From the NCBI GenBank assembly GCA_964359695.1, contig CAYHUV010000002.1, forward strand, positions 1 to 28,296: DNA of 28,296 nucleotides. The letters are read 5' to 3'. Shown one piece after another: positions 8,312-17,372 of the stretch. The position numbers were made by a program, and so were the translations under genes. The notes beneath the pieces were generated by a model. It was not told the DNA's origin, searched no databases, and saw nothing but the letters and a program-made list of their open reading frames with translations. The DNA comes from Candidatus Woesearchaeota archaeon. GTDB lineage: Archaea > Nanobdellota > Nanobdellia > SCGC-AAA011-G17 > GW2011-AR17. Position 1 is the first letter of the stretch, and each line of letters starts with the position of its first letter.

Positions 8312-8878
8312 CTAAGGTCTTGTCCAACGAATCTCGTAGAACGTACATGAACTTTCTTCATCAACAATAGCAATAAGCAGTCTTTTTCTTGTAGAATGTG
8401 CAACTCTATTCTTTGCAGAAAATTCAAACCATGTCAACATACTGGTTTCTGCAACTGGATACATAATCCACTTCGCATGGTCATCCCCAGGCTTAACACC
8501 ACGATCATACACACGAAAATCAGCCCCAAATTTTAATGCAGTCTTCACAATATATCCTCTATTACGCATATCTTTGAATGCAGCATAACGAATAAAAAAA
8601 TTTGCTTCCAATTTTATAGCTATTTTTCGTAACTGATCAAAAATTAGTTCTTTTTTCCCTAACATAACTTGCATTTTCCCTCGTTCTACAAGGTATAATG
8701 CTTCAACAAAGGAATATTGATAATTTTTTTGTAAAGGATCACCATAACGGCTTTTTTCATAGAAATCTCTACTAACATCAGAAGATTCTGCAATTACTTT
8801 TCCATCAAGATATTCTGCAATAATCTTTTCTTTAGATTCTGGTTCAGTGATGGTGCTTTCTTTCGCCTTTTTTTCCAT
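8312..8878 (-). CDS. endA: tRNA splicing (intron) endonuclease, single catalytic alpha-type unit
   Basis: VEALYL, RGYIVKTALKFGADFRVY (catalytic Tyr), DDHA (His) and RVAHSTRKRLLIA (Lys). The start may be 8878 or 8896. Confidence 0.95.
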   Translation of the reverse strand: MEKKAKESTITEPESKEKIIAEYLDGKVIAESSDVSRDFYEKSRYGDPLQKNYQYSFVEALYLVERGKMQVMLGKKELIFDQLRKIAIKLEANFFIRYAAFKDMRNRGYIVKTALKFGADFRVYDRGVKPGDDHAKWIMYPVAETSMLTWFEFSAKNRVAHSTRKRLLIAIVDEESSCTFYEIRWTRP

Positions 8879-8929
8879 GTTTGAATTGAAAGGCAAAGTA
8901 TTTAAAAAGCTTTTCTTTTAAAATATAGT

Positions 8930-9820
8930 ATGGAAATTATACTTTTAGGGACTAGTTCAATGGTTCCAACTGAAGAGAGAAATCATTCTGCTACTTTATT
9001 AAAATATAAAGAGGAGAATATCCTTATTGATTGTGGCGAAGGTACACAAAGACAATTTCGTAAAGCAAAGATATCTGCAATGAAGATTACAAAAATTCTT
9101 ATTACTCACTGGCATGGTGATCATGTTTTAGGATTACCTGGGTTGTTCCTAACCCTAGCATCACAAGGTTATGCTCAGACTTTAGAGATTTACGTACCTA
9201 AAGGAACAAAAGAAAAACTTCAAGGAATTATGAGCTTTTTTGTCTCAAAAAAGACTATAAAATATAAAGTTTTAGAAGTAGAATCAGGTATTTTTTTTCA
9301 GAATGAAGATTTTTATTTAGAAGCAAAAAAATTGAAACATAGTACAATTTGTCTGGGCTATCGTTTTGTAGAAAAAGATAAAATAAAAATAAATATGCTA
9401 GCCTTGAAAAAAATTGGGGTGAAAGAGGGTCCTCACATCAAAAAATTACAATTAGGAGAAGATATTGTTTATCAAGGTAAAAAGATTAAAGCAAAGAAGT
9501 TCACCAAAGTAATACAAGGAAAAATTATTAGCTTTGTCTCAGATACAGCTTTTTGTGATACAGCAATAGAACTTGCAAAGAACGCGGACATTCTATTTTG
9601 TGAATCAACATACTTAGATGAGATGAAGGAGCAAGCTGAAATAAGAGAGCATATGACATCAACACAAGCTGCAACTATTGCAAAGAAAGCAAAAGTAAAA
9701 AAGTTAGTTCTAGTACATTTCTCACAAAGATATAAAGATCTTTCTCTTTTTTCAACAGAAGCAAAAAAAACTTTTTCAAACGTTTTAATTGGAAAAGATT
9801 TACAAACTTTTACTCTTTAG
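8930..9820 (+). CDS. rnz: Ribonuclease Z (tRNA 3' processing)
   Basis: LLGTSS, DCGEG, THWHGDH metallo-beta-lactamase motif, exosite arm, SDT, ESTY, HMT and HFSQRY. Confidence 0.95.
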   Translation: MEIILLGTSSMVPTEERNHSATLLKYKEENILIDCGEGTQRQFRKAKISAMKITKILITHWHGDHVLGLPGLFLTLASQGYAQTLEIYVPKGTKEKLQGIMSFFVSKKTIKYKVLEVESGIFFQNEDFYLEAKKLKHSTICLGYRFVEKDKIKINMLALKKIGVKEGPHIKKLQLGEDIVYQGKKIKAKKFTKVIQGKIISFVSDTAFCDTAIELAKNADILFCESTYLDEMKEQAEIREHMTSTQAATIAKKAKVKKLVLVHFSQRYKDLSLFSTEAKKTFSNVLIGKDLQTFTL

Positions 9821-10682
9821 TCTTTTTTTTATACTGAAGAAAAACATAAATAGTTGTCCAAAGATCAATAGTAATATTCAAAAGTATATTCATAACGCCC
9901 CATACAGACCCTATAATCAAAGCAAATGTTGTTACAGAAATAAAAAAAGTACCAAACCTAACAATAGTCTCCAAAAGATAACTAATTGCCCAGAAAATAA
10001 GGGAAAGAAGAATAACTACAAACCATGTTTTTAGAACAAATAATGGTGAATTTTTTAAAAGGGTATATGATTCTTTGAGAATGTGCAATGGTTTTTTTAT
10101 GTGTTTTAAAAACATAACAGGATAGCGAAAGAAAAGAGCAAGTTTTATTCCAATAAAAATGACTAAAGCAAATGGTATGGCTATGCCTAATCCTAATCTC
10201 ATTGCAAGATTTTCATTGAAGGAGAAGAAAAGAAAATATAATCCAAAACCAACAAGAGCAACAAGTGCGATGGCAACAAGACTCAACAGGTATACAAGGA
10301 TACGTAAAAGGACTATTGACCAAAATAATCCTTCCTTTTCTTTCAAAGCAGAAACAAGAGAAACTTTTTTCCCTGAAAGCATCTGCCTAATCATAGTAAA
10401 CTTTACAATAATGACACCAACACCAAAAATAAATGAGAAAAAACAGAAAGTCAACCCAGAAATAATAATCTCTTTTAGATTCTCATTTAAATATGATGTA
10501 AATAGGTCTAAAGAAACAGTCTCTGCAGTTTGAAGTAATACAAAAAAGTCCCCAGCACCAGTATAAATATAAATGAAATATAACCCGACAGAGATTATTA
10601 TAGCCATAACTAAATCTGGGAAATATAGAATAGGATTCTTCTTTAAATAAATAAAACTTTCTTTCAGGGGTTTAACAGGCAT
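9810..10682 (-). CDS. Multi-pass membrane protein of unknown function
   Basis: About 6 hydrophobic helices, with the repeated 'LKES' plus helix pattern typical of archaeal 6-TM hypotheticals. Confidence 0.8.
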   Translation of the reverse strand: MPVKPLKESFIYLKKNPILYFPDLVMAIIISVGLYFIYIYTGAGDFFVLLQTAETVSLDLFTSYLNENLKEIIISGLTFCFFSFIFGVGVIIVKFTMIRQMLSGKKVSLVSALKEKEGLFWSIVLLRILVYLLSLVAIALVALVGFGLYFLFFSFNENLAMRLGLGIAIPFALVIFIGIKLALFFRYPVMFLKHIKKPLHILKESYTLLKNSPLFVLKTWFVVILLSLIFWAISYLLETIVRFGTFFISVTTFALIIGSVWGVMNILLNITIDLWTTIYVFLQYKKKTKE

Positions 10683-10708
10683 AATATTTATCTCTTTTTT
10701 AGAGTTTA

Positions 10709-11707
10709 TTAACTTTTTGAAATTATTCGACCTTTAATTTTAAATTCTACATCTAGAAATGCTTCAATAACTTTTATATTTGTTTTCACATGTTCTGTAA
10801 TCTCTGGGGCTATATATGATCCACCAGCAATAGCAATAAATGGTAACAGCATGTCTGCGGTGTAGATATCCACTGTTCCTAACTCATAAGAATGAATTAA
10901 TGATGCTACTGCTTCTTCTGCAACTTTCTCAGCACTCTTTCCTTTTTCTCCTAATGCATCTCCTCCAAAAAAGGAATGTTCTGTTTCAAGAGTAATTTGC
11001 AAGCCTGAACCAGTACATAAACTTTCTGAGTATTCTGTATTAATCTGTATAGGTATATCTAAAAATTTTTCAAAAAGTATTCTTTTTGCTTCTTTTGCTT
11101 GTCGTTCCGCAACTTCTGTCTTTTCCAAATCTTTTGAAGCCACAGATATAATTTTAATTGAAATTGTTTTTCCTTTTTCAAGGATATTCAATGACTTAAG
11201 TTTTGGTTCAGAAGAAAAAGATTCCACTTCTGCTCCACCTTTTGGGAAAAATCCTTCTTTAATTACTATAAGATCAATAGTCCATCCCATTTTTTTCAAT
11301 AAAGGAAAAAGTACATATTCAAAATGATGTATTGGCGGGGCAAATTTTCCATAAGTAGCTCCACCCTTAATACGCAAATCTATTTTTGTTTCTAATGCTG
11401 GAATAAGTAAAACTTGAAGAATTAATCCTACAGAACCTGCAGTGCTTATTGGTACAGTAAGTTCTCCTTTTTTGAGTTTATTTGGAGAGAAAATTACTTT
11501 TGTTGAACCTCTTTCTGCCCCTCTAACTTCTGCATTACATAACTTTTGTATTGCCAGTAGGCCTTGAAGATGCTGTTCTTGTAATCCAAAATTGGGTCTA
11601 CCAGCACGAATATTCACAATAGTACATTCTTTTCCTGTTAATGCAGAAAATCCTAAAGCCGTTCTAAGAATTTGCCCTCCACCATCCTTTCCATCAATGA
11701 GAATCAT
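10709..11707 (-). CDS. rtcA: RNA 3'-terminal phosphate cyclase
   Basis: IDG..GGGQILRTAL, IRAGRPNFGLQEQH, GFFPKGG, ADMLLPF and a C-terminal catalytic His (TEHVKTN). Confidence 0.95.
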   Translation of the reverse strand: MILIDGKDGGGQILRTALGFSALTGKECTIVNIRAGRPNFGLQEQHLQGLLAIQKLCNAEVRGAERGSTKVIFSPNKLKKGELTVPISTAGSVGLILQVLLIPALETKIDLRIKGGATYGKFAPPIHHFEYVLFPLLKKMGWTIDLIVIKEGFFPKGGAEVESFSSEPKLKSLNILEKGKTISIKIISVASKDLEKTEVAERQAKEAKRILFEKFLDIPIQINTEYSESLCTGSGLQITLETEHSFFGGDALGEKGKSAEKVAEEAVASLIHSYELGTVDIYTADMLLPFIAIAGGSYIAPEITEHVKTNIKVIEAFLDVEFKIKGRIISKS

Positions 11708-11773
11708 AGCTACTCTGTTTGAAACAAGCTTTTTAAGAGTTATGGATTCAAGAAGGATATTTTTTAGGAGTAT

Positions 11774-12895
11774 TCAATATTTTTCTCTATCATAAAGCAC
11801 AAGCTCTACAATTGCTTCGCCATGGGGTGTCTGTGGAAATAAATCAAAAAGTGCAAGGCTTTTAAGAGAATAATTTCTAAACTTAAGAATATCCTTTGCA
11901 AGCTGTTGGGGATTACAAGAAATATAAATAATACATTCAGGTTTTTCATTGTTAAGAAAACTCATAGTCTTTTGATCCATGCCTACTCGGGGTGGATCTG
12001 TAATCACAAAGAATGGTTTTTTACAAGAAACACGAGCAATGTGTTTTGCATCAAGGACAAGGGTATTCACATGTGCACATGCATTTTGCTCAATATTCTT
12101 TTTTGCAGCTTCAATAGATTCTTTCACACTTTCAATAATCAAAACTTCTTTAAATAAATCAGCATTCACAATACCAAAAGTACCTACACCTCCATAGAGA
12201 TCAAGAAGCATGGCATTCTTTGTTTCATACTTTTCTAATAACTGAGAAACATAACTTTGCATTTTTTCTGCCATACGATGGTTATTTTGAAAAAAACCTT
12301 GTATAGGGTAAACGAATTTTTTACCCCAAAGAGATGTTTGAAGAAAATCATTTCCTTTGATCACAAAATAATCTGAAGAAGTACTCACATCACTTTGTGC
12401 AGGTACGCAGGTCACAAGGATATTTTTTGCAGAGCATTGTTCTGCAAAGAGTTTTATTTTTTCTATTGCATCATGAAGTTTTTGAGAATCGCTATTCAAA
12501 ACAAAAGAAACTGAAGAATCTAGTGGCGTAGAACGAATCACTGCATAACGAAATGTCCCATGATGTTTTCTCACATCAAACGCATCACAGTCTTTAAAAT
12601 AAGATTGTATTTCTTTCATCATAGAATTAATCTTCTCTTCGGCAATAACACATTGTGCGATAGGAATAATACTATCCAATTGCCCCTTCTTTCGAAGCCC
12701 AAGACCATGTGTATGAAATATAAAATCCATGCGATTCCTATATCCATACTCTGTATCAAAAAAGACTTCGACATTTTCATTTTTCATCATACTTTGTAAC
12801 TGTTTTTTCTTATTCTCTATTTGTAAAGAATAGTCAATATGTTGCGCAGTACAGCCTCCACAGCTTCCAAAATAGGGACATAAAGGTATTGCCAT
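11774..12895 (-). CDS. RlmD/RumA/TrmA-family RNA (uracil-5)-methyltransferase lacking a TRAM domain
   Basis: CPYFGSCGGC Fe-S motif, YRNRMDF, FFQNN, DLYGGVG, DPPR, catalytic YISCNP and DLFPQTPHGE. Confidence 0.92.
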   Translation of the reverse strand: MAIPLCPYFGSCGGCTAQHIDYSLQIENKKKQLQSMMKNENVEVFFDTEYGYRNRMDFIFHTHGLGLRKKGQLDSIIPIAQCVIAEEKINSMMKEIQSYFKDCDAFDVRKHHGTFRYAVIRSTPLDSSVSFVLNSDSQKLHDAIEKIKLFAEQCSAKNILVTCVPAQSDVSTSSDYFVIKGNDFLQTSLWGKKFVYPIQGFFQNNHRMAEKMQSYVSQLLEKYETKNAMLLDLYGGVGTFGIVNADLFKEVLIIESVKESIEAAKKNIEQNACAHVNTLVLDAKHIARVSCKKPFFVITDPPRVGMDQKTMSFLNNEKPECIIYISCNPQQLAKDILKFRNYSLKSLALFDLFPQTPHGEAIVELVLYDREKY

Positions 12896-13007
12896 GAATT
12901 CTGAGATAATTTTATTTGTTTAAGAAGCTTCTTAGAAAAAATTCAACTAGGAAGTTAATAAACTTTTAAAAGCATACTTTAAAAAGAATCCGAAAATATT
13001 TTTTTCT

Positions 13008-13505
13008 ATGACTTTATATTTCCAAAAAAAAGATATAGGCTTAAAAATAATATATCTTGCTTCTTATGATATGACTGATCCAAATCGACAAATAGTAGGA
13101 GCCTTACGATTACATGGGATATCTCAATTCGATGCGCCAGGATTTGAAGATTTTGTTGAAATAGGGCGAAAGTTAGATAGACCAGAACCTGATCTGAATT
13201 CTATCACAAGATATAAAGAATATACACGCTATTCAAGTGTAAATCTTCCTCCACAACATACTCAATGTATTATTGAATCTCCTAGAATTAGAAATAAAGG
13301 CATTCAAAGCCTAATCGTATTAGTTAATTCTTGGCTTAATATACCCCCAGAAAAACTCCAAATATATTTACAGAGAAGTATAATAAATGAGCTTTATAGA
13401 AATGGAATACAAGAAAAAGAATCTATAATAAAAGATATCCCCTCTAGATGTCTAGATCCATCGAAACCTTTTACTAGTTCTAGTGATCCACATTCTTATG
13501 CGTAA
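13008..13505 (+). CDS. Hypothetical protein (165 aa)
   Basis: ATG ORF whose stop overlaps the mpg start; no motif recognised. Confidence 0.55.
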   Translation: MTLYFQKKDIGLKIIYLASYDMTDPNRQIVGALRLHGISQFDAPGFEDFVEIGRKLDRPEPDLNSITRYKEYTRYSSVNLPPQHTQCIIESPRIRNKGIQSLIVLVNSWLNIPPEKLQIYLQRSIINELYRNGIQEKESIIKDIPSRCLDPSKPFTSSSDPHSYA

Positions 13506-14061
13506 AGATTTTTTTAAAAAAGATACAAAGAGTATAGCACAATCTCTTGTAGGTATGTACCTTATTCATGAATCTCCTGAAGGAAAAACAGTCGGAAAAA
13601 TTGTTGAGACAGAAGCATATCTCTTCAATGATCCTGCAGCACACTCATTCCGAGGGAAAACACAAAGAAATGCTCCTATGTTTGGCAAACCAGGAAGAGC
13701 ATATGTATATTTTACTTATGGTATGCACTATTGTTTTAATATAGTAACAGGAAAAGAAGGTATAGGAGAAGCAGTTCTGATTCGTGCACTTGAACCAATT
13801 GAAGGAATTGGTCTCATGAAAAAGAGAAGAAAACAAGAAGATCTCTCGCGACTTTGTAATGGTCCAGCAAAATTAGTTCAAGCAATGGGGATTACAAAGA
13901 ACTACAATAATATTTCTCTCGTTAAAAGACCTCTATATATTGAGGATAAAAACAAAGAAAATTTTTGTATTGTAAGAAAATCTAGGATAGGGATTAGTCT
14001 TGCAAAAAGTAAACTTCTTCGTTTTTATATAAAAGGAAATATTTTTGTCTCAAAAAGATAA
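13498..14061 (+). CDS. mpg: DNA-3-methyladenine glycosylase (AAG/MPG family)
   Basis: IVETEAY...DPAAHS...MFGKPGRAYVYFTYGMHYCFNIV...AVLIRALEP...NGPAKL...RIGI. Confidence 0.95.
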   Translation: MRKDFFKKDTKSIAQSLVGMYLIHESPEGKTVGKIVETEAYLFNDPAAHSFRGKTQRNAPMFGKPGRAYVYFTYGMHYCFNIVTGKEGIGEAVLIRALEPIEGIGLMKKRRKQEDLSRLCNGPAKLVQAMGITKNYNNISLVKRPLYIEDKNKENFCIVRKSRIGISLAKSKLLRFYIKGNIFVSKR

Positions 14062-14065
14062 ATAT

Positions 14066-14782
14066 TCACTTTATTTTATATTCTCGTAAACATTGTGCAA
14101 CAAAAAAAGGATCTTTTTCTATAATGGCATGAATCTCAGCTAATTTACTCTGGCTATTGATCCAATGTTTGTAAAAACAAATAGATTCACATTGCATTTT
14201 CATTTTTTCTAGTTCTAATCCAAATATTCTCCAATCGGAAATAGGAAGAATTCTTTTCTGGATTTCTTTATTCACTCTTTCATGTGTATTCCATTCTCTT
14301 TCTAAGAAAAAGAGTTTCATTGTAGACTCCTGAAGATCTAAAAGTTTTTTTAGACCATCATCTAGAATTGCCCGTGCATGAACCTTTTTACAAATCTCCT
14401 TTTTGGCTTTATCATCAGTTCCATAATAAGCAATAATAGGCAAGTTATATTTTCTTACAAATGCTTTACAACTTCCGATTGCTTTTTCATTTCTGGAGCT
14501 CACAATTATAAACCTAAAATTTTTTTGTTCAAGGGCATCAAGAACTTCTTTACAATGTGGATCAAGTGTATATTCCCATGTATGTTCAACCATAACTTTT
14601 TCCATAAGTTGTTTATACATAACTGAACCAAGAGGATATGTCTCAGACATACAGGTTTTAGGCCCAATATCTATCTTATGATAGATTTTTGCATATTTTA
14701 TTTTTACATGTTCACCAATCGCTATACATCCATCAAAATCAAGAACAATTACAATTTCTCGTGCAATATGATTTTGAAACAT
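14066..14782 (-). CDS. HAD-superfamily hydrolase, 5'(3')-nucleotidase-like
   Basis: Motif I LDFDGCI, motif II VSSR, motif IV ILDD and a C-terminal REWN. Confidence 0.8.
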   Translation of the reverse strand: MFQNHIAREIVIVLDFDGCIAIGEHVKIKYAKIYHKIDIGPKTCMSETYPLGSVMYKQLMEKVMVEHTWEYTLDPHCKEVLDALEQKNFRFIIVSSRNEKAIGSCKAFVRKYNLPIIAYYGTDDKAKKEICKKVHARAILDDGLKKLLDLQESTMKLFFLEREWNTHERVNKEIQKRILPISDWRIFGLELEKMKMQCESICFYKHWINSQSKLAEIHAIIEKDPFFVAQCLREYKIK

Positions 14783-14998
14783 AGTTTAATCTAAGTGCCT
14801 ATTTCTTAAAAAACTTCTCTTTTTAATCCACCTTTTTAAAATTAAAATTTACTTGGAATAAGCAAACTAAGTATTCCAGTTATACTTAACTGAATAAAAG
14901 GAGAAAATAGGGCCCAACATTAAGAAGCAGAACACTCCAAACTCAAAAAATAGAGATACTCACAAACATATGGGCATATCAATAAAGTAATATATACC

Positions 14999-15024
14999 TT
15001 TGTGAGACTAACAAATCTCACAAA
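14999..15024. repeat. Perfect 9-bp inverted repeat TTTGTGAGA-N8-TCTCACAAA; possible operator or hairpin
   Basis: Seen directly. It sits immediately after TATATA (14991-96), and an extra CTCACAAA half-site lies at 14959-66. Confidence 0.6.
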
Positions 15025-15088
15025 AAAGATTGGGTCAGAGCCCAAAACACATAAAACTTTTTAAACCCCACTTTCTTAAAAATTAGTT

Positions 15089-16054
15089 ATGACTAATCGG
15101 ATTTTAGAACTAAAAGAAAGAGTATTTGAGTATGTCAATATGCATGGTCCTGTTCTTCCTGCTGTGATATCAAAAGAGTTCCGCTCTACAAATATTTTTA
15201 TCTCTGCATTACTCTCTGAATTAGTCACAAATAAAAGGATTAAATTAACACGAGCAAAGATTGGTGGCTCACCTATGTATTATTGTAAATCACAGGAACC
15301 AAGAATTGTTGAGCTTCTTCGTGGAAATCTTGGGCAAAAACAGCGAGAAGCGTTAGATATTCTTATGGAAAAGAAAATCTTGAGAGATAGAGATTGTTTG
15401 CCTTTTGAACGTGTTGCTCTTAGGGAATTAGAAGACTTTGCAATCCCTGTGAAACTAATTATTAGTGATGTGGAGGAAATATTTTGGAAATGGTATCTTC
15501 TCCCAGATCAGGATGCAAAAGAGCTTATAGAAAGAGCTTTAGAAAGAGTTTATCCTTCTCTTAAAAAAGAAGAAGAGAAATTAGTCTATGCAGCAAAGGA
15601 TTTAGTAACAAAAATTCTACAAAAAGAAGAAGCACATACTCAGGAAGAGGAAGTTATTCCTGAAAAAGGGATGGAAAAGAAAAAAAGAAAAAAATTCCTA
15701 CAAGAAGTTCTTATTGATAAAGGAAAAAAAGAAAAAGTTGATGGGGACTTTGAGAATACAATTATACAATATTTAAAGAAAAAAGAGATTAAAATTCTGG
15801 ATAAAACCTCTTTAGGGAAGAATAAAGAAATTAATTTTACTGTACAAATTCCTACCTCTGTTGGAGAATTATGTTATTTTGTGAAAGCACGAAATAAGAA
15901 AAGTTTGAGTGAAGGAGATCTCCTTTTGGCCTTTACTGAAGGGCAAAATCTAAAATTACCTACATTATATCTTTCTTCTGGGGATATTACTAAGAAAGCA
16001 AAGGAATATATGAATAAGAATTTGAAAGGGATGAATTTTATAAGAATAAAATAA
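15089..16054 (+). CDS. Hypothetical protein: N-terminal winged-helix-like region, charged linker, C-terminal restriction-endonuclease-like alpha/beta domain
   Basis: GPVLPAVISKEF...ISALLSELV...KIGGSPMYY at the N-terminus; FENTIIQYLKKK...YFVKARNKKSLSEGDL...PTLYLS at the C-terminus. The fold assignment is by pattern only. Confidence 0.75.
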   Translation: MTNRILELKERVFEYVNMHGPVLPAVISKEFRSTNIFISALLSELVTNKRIKLTRAKIGGSPMYYCKSQEPRIVELLRGNLGQKQREALDILMEKKILRDRDCLPFERVALRELEDFAIPVKLIISDVEEIFWKWYLLPDQDAKELIERALERVYPSLKKEEEKLVYAAKDLVTKILQKEEAHTQEEEVIPEKGMEKKKRKKFLQEVLIDKGKKEKVDGDFENTIIQYLKKKEIKILDKTSLGKNKEINFTVQIPTSVGELCYFVKARNKKSLSEGDLLLAFTEGQNLKLPTLYLSSGDITKKAKEYMNKNLKGMNFIRIK

Positions 16055-16209
16055 GAAAAACGATTTTTAAATCTTTATGTTTATTAGCGCATTAGTACAT
16101 CACCCCAAATAACTCTACTTTTAGTCTCTTAATAAGCAAAAAGAACGTATACTCTATAACATCACTCTATAGCACAAAATTATTAAAGAGAACTAAAATT
16201 CTTCAAAAT

Positions 16210-16797
16210 ATGAGTAAGATAGCATTCGACTTGGACGACACTTTAGGAAATCATACTGAACAGTTTATAAAATTTTATGAAAGAGTGTATAAAAAAAGAC
16301 TTAACTTTAAATCATTTACTTCTTATGGGCTTGAGAGAGTATTACGTATGAAACGTGATGAAGTTAATGGATGTTTGAATAGATTTTATGAAAGTCCTGA
16401 GTTTGAATCTATATCTCCTTTAAACAACTCACAGGAATATGTTCAAAAAATGTTTGAAAATGGAGAGGAACTTTTTGTGCTCACAGGAAGACCTAAAGTT
16501 TTACGAGAAAAAACAAAAGGTTGGGTCCGAAAATATTTCCCATGCATTGGTCTTAAGCAAATTCTTATTGCAGGTGAACTTCTTCCTGGGCTTGAACAAG
16601 CAAAAGGACCTATCTGTTACAAAAGAGGTATTGACTTAATAGTAGAAGATTCTTGGGAACAAGCACTTAATTGTTCGACACATACAGGTGTTGCCCTTTT
16701 TAATAGGCCTTGGAATCAAAGTCGCTCTCTTAAAGAAGAAGCTATAACAATTGTAAATACTTGGGAAGAAGTATATGCACTTTCAAAAAAATATTAA
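16210..16797 (+). CDS. HAD-superfamily 5'(3')-deoxyribonucleotidase (NT5C-like)
   Basis: IAFDLDDTL, LTGRP, IVEDS and LFNRPWN. Confidence 0.88.
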   Translation: MSKIAFDLDDTLGNHTEQFIKFYERVYKKRLNFKSFTSYGLERVLRMKRDEVNGCLNRFYESPEFESISPLNNSQEYVQKMFENGEELFVLTGRPKVLREKTKGWVRKYFPCIGLKQILIAGELLPGLEQAKGPICYKRGIDLIVEDSWEQALNCSTHTGVALFNRPWNQSRSLKEEAITIVNTWEEVYALSKKY

Positions 16798-17132
16798 GAA
16801 CTTTCCACTTTATTGGTTTTATAAAATAAATAAATTAATTCTTGATATAACACTTCATAGAAATGCTCTCTGTTAATAGATGTTGCAATGCCAAATTGAT
16901 TTGGTTCGTAAATGTAAATCGTATTTTCTTTACAGAATGCACCTTCATCAGTTTTTAGGCCACGTAAGATTTCAAACTTATTCTTATCACTTACTAAGAT
17001 AACTTGCACTTCTTCTGGTTCTATAGAAAATAATTCACTAACTTTAGCATAAAAATATGGAAGTCTAGTATCTAAAACAGTAATTTCTTTATCCTTACAA
17101 CCATTTTCCAATATCTTTATATGCATATTCAT
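16794..17132 (-). CDS. Hypothetical protein with a degenerate zincin-like pattern
   Basis: EVQVILVSDK...GAFCKENTIYI...VLYQELIY mirrors the peptidase-MA core, with YQELIY in place of xHExxH. The ATG at 17132 overlaps the upstream TGA. Confidence 0.65.
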   Translation of the reverse strand: MNMHIKILENGCKDKEITVLDTRLPYFYAKVSELFSIEPEEVQVILVSDKNKFEILRGLKTDEGAFCKENTIYIYEPNQFGIATSINREHFYEVLYQELIYLFYKTNKVESS

Positions 17133-17266
17133 CAACTAGCCTCTTCAAGAAAACTCTCGGCTACACCTGGATAAGAGCGATCTCTTGCACTTAAGTATTC
17201 ATGTGCCATTTGGTTTGTAAAAAGATAAGTTGCAACACGTATAACTTTCTTTTGCTTGACTACCAT
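17132..17266 (-). CDS. 44-aa peptide ORF (below the ORF-track cutoff)
   Basis: MVVKQKKVIRVATYLFTNQMAHEYLSARDRSYPGVAESFLEEAS*. Its TGA shares a base with the downstream ATG (TGATG coupling) and it fills an otherwise empty gap. Confidence 0.6.
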   Translation of the reverse strand: MVVKQKKVIRVATYLFTNQMAHEYLSARDRSYPGVAESFLEEAS

Positions 17267-17297
17267 CTCATTTTTTAAGCCTAACTTCTTATTAAAC

Positions 17298-17334
17298 ACC
17301 CTGTTAAGGGTATTTTAAACCGACTAGTTTAAAA
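17298..17334. promoter_or_regulatory. Inverted repeats in a divergent promoter region
   Basis: ACCC-TGTTAA-GGGT (17298-17311) and TTTTAAAC-N6-GTTTAAAA (17313-17334). Confidence 0.35.
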
Positions 17335-17372
17335 ATAAAAACATTTATATATACCAAAAGTCTCTTTTGATT

